From contig JAPEUI010000006.1 of assembly GCA_026025075.1 (NCBI GenBank), forward strand, positions 248,001 through 270,842: DNA of 22,842 bases, in the 5' to 3' direction. The DNA comes from Vezdaea acicularis. Lineage: Eukaryota. The translations under genes and the position numbers were made by a program. The number at the start of each line of letters is the position of its first letter. Position 1 is the first letter of the stretch. Below are positions 21,083 through 22,842 of this stretch, in pieces. The notes under the pieces are model-generated. The model was not told where the DNA came from, did not search any database, and was given only the letters and a program-made list of their open reading frames with translations.

Positions 21083-21351
21083 GCCCCCTGCCTCCGGGCT
21101 TTTGTGATCGGACAGAGATGATATCATGTTACGTGGCCCCCAATTTTTCTGGCCACGCATGGATTTCAAGAGGATAGAGAACATCAATTGCTTTAGGATG
21201 ATGTTGCCGCTTTTTCAATTTTTGTGAGGAGGTGTTATGGCGGCGGTGCCACGGCCGGCGTGGTAGGGCAGGGGCCGTTGAGTCATCGCCATGCAGCCAG
21301 GACCTTACACTCATTCGACAGACCACTGGGCACCCCAAGCTATGTACGATT

Positions 21352-22710
21352 TCAATCTCCTCCATTCCTTTCAGTAAGAATCCCCCACCGACCAGTCCCC
21401 CTTCCCTCCCTTTCACTCACGACTTCCAAGACCCTGACCTCCCTTCCTCCCTCCCGCGGCTGCATCGACAGCCAGATTTGCATGTCGATGCAATGCCCCC
21501 ATGTCCTACCCAGCGCCGGACGGCCGTGTGAGCTCGCGAAGATTGAGACGTCTTCTCTTGCGCTCTGGTGGGGCCGCTCATGCTGTTGTGTAGAAGCATC
21601 GGTGTCAGTGTCCAGGACCTTGGGTGGCGGTGGGTTATACGGGACGAGCCCCACGGCGTCGTTGAGTAGAAGCGTTAGGAGGTCGTGCTGCCGCGTGAGG
21701 CGGGATAGGGAGCGTGTGAAGGAGACCAGGAGAGCTTGTGCTAGACGTTGTAAATCATTAGCGGAGCCCCTTTTGTTGGATGTTCAGGAGGTTGAGTACG
21801 TACCTTGGACAACGTCCTGCTTCATGATCACGCCCAGGACGTTGGATATGTTGTCTACGATTAGCATGCCTACTTTCTCTCCTCTTTCCGCTTCCTCCTC
21901 TTCTTTACGGGTGGTCGGGTCGAGCGCATCTTCCTCCTCCCCCTCCTCGTCATCATCTGCTTGACTGTCCCCCACGACCAATTCCTTCCCCCTCTCCTGC
22001 CCCCGCAGGCCTCCTCTATCATTATCCCCCTCTAACCCCTCCCTCACCTCCCCCACGGCCTCCACTACCCCCGCAAAGTCAAAAACACGCATCACCTTAA
22101 CCCTGCCCATCAAAGCTAACGCCTCCTCATCCGCTCCCTTTCCATCATCGGGTCCATCACGCCGAGCAGCAGTAGCAGCCGAGTGATCCACCGCCCTAAG
22201 CCTCTGCTTCAGAAGCTTGAACAGCCACCGTACGTCGAATTGACCAGTCGTATCGATGACTGCCACACAGCAATCACTGCTGGAGTGGGCGAGCAGGAAA
22301 GAGATGGTCGTCTGTAGCGATATCTAGCCTTGCTCAGCCCACACCCTCCCTTCCAACGCAAATAAGAAAGAAAGGAAAAAAAAAAACAGAAAGCAGACAC
22401 AGAATATACAAGTGCGCCACCCTTGCACACACGCCATCAAAACCACAAACCAGAACCCCCAAAAAAGCATCTACGAACAACCAGACGAGCCGAATATGTG
22501 ATTTGAGAAGTTTGCTAGCTAACATACCAACGACTTTCCCGCACTCGGCCCGCCCGAGAGGCCGATGATCCCTCCGCAGGGGAATCCGCCGTCTAGAGCG
22601 TCGTCGACGGCGGGGTATCCCGTGGATATCCTCCGCTTCTCCTGGTCGCGGGGGCGGGGAGGGTGGGTGAGGAGGGAGGAGGCGAGGTGGGCGGGGACGG
22701 GTGTGGGCAT
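21352..22710 (-). CDS. RecA/Rad51 paralog, RAD51D-like; exons 22710-22528, 22323-21804, 21740-21352
   Basis: ISTGYPAVDDALDGG, Walker A GGPSAGKS, AVIDTTGQF, Walker B MLIVDNIS, TLLLN, RPALGRTW. Introns 22324-22527 and 21741-21803. The paralog subfamily is uncertain. Confidence 0.8.
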
Positions 22711-22842
22711 GAAGACGTTATGGAGGGGGGAGTTTGGTGGGAAAGGTGGGGAGGAGAGGGCAAGGAAAGGAGGCGAGAGATGCGCGTGGGGAAAGAAAAA
22801 GGAGAGATTTCTCGCCGGAGGGGAGGGGGGGGGGGGGGGGAG

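Noticed and set aside
21110..21160. U6-like ACAGAGATGAT, and a CGTGGCC/GGCCACG hairpin with an Sm-like loop
   Set aside because: The rest of U6 or any other snRNA consensus is absent; short chance matches.
21224..21964. 246-aa plus-strand ORF
   Set aside because: Antisense shadow of the Rad51-paralog exons.
22818..22842. Terminal poly-G run as a telomere or mobile-element end
   Set aside because: Not a TTAGGG repeat; consistent with the C-rich promoter strand of the minus-strand gene or a contig end at a homopolymer.

Overview
Gene-dense DNA from a filamentous ascomycete (Pezizomycotina-type genes with short GT-AG introns and CTRAY branch points). I reconstructed 13 protein-coding genes by hand-splicing, in order: arrestin-C-like (5'-partial), NT-C2 domain protein, branchpoint-bridging protein BBP/Msl5/SF1, Ure2/YfcG-type glutathione S-transferase, Sec39, a fungal hypothetical protein, complex I subunit NDUFS5 (largely missed by the ORF track), a Zn2Cys6 transcription factor, an intradiol (catechol 1,2-type) dioxygenase, tRNA deaminase Tad1, a small orphan coiled-coil ORF, SF3b5/Ysf3 and a RAD51D-like paralog. 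There is also an initiator tRNA-Met gene. The most striking element is the long third intron of BBP (4432-4628), which splits the KH RNA-binding domain. It holds five CTAAC motifs plus one CTTAAC (BBP's own binding site), a hairpin, and four candidate 3' splice sites, only one of which gives an intact protein. This suggests a branchpoint-decoy autoregulatory switch. All calls are by eye; no database searches or folding programs were run.
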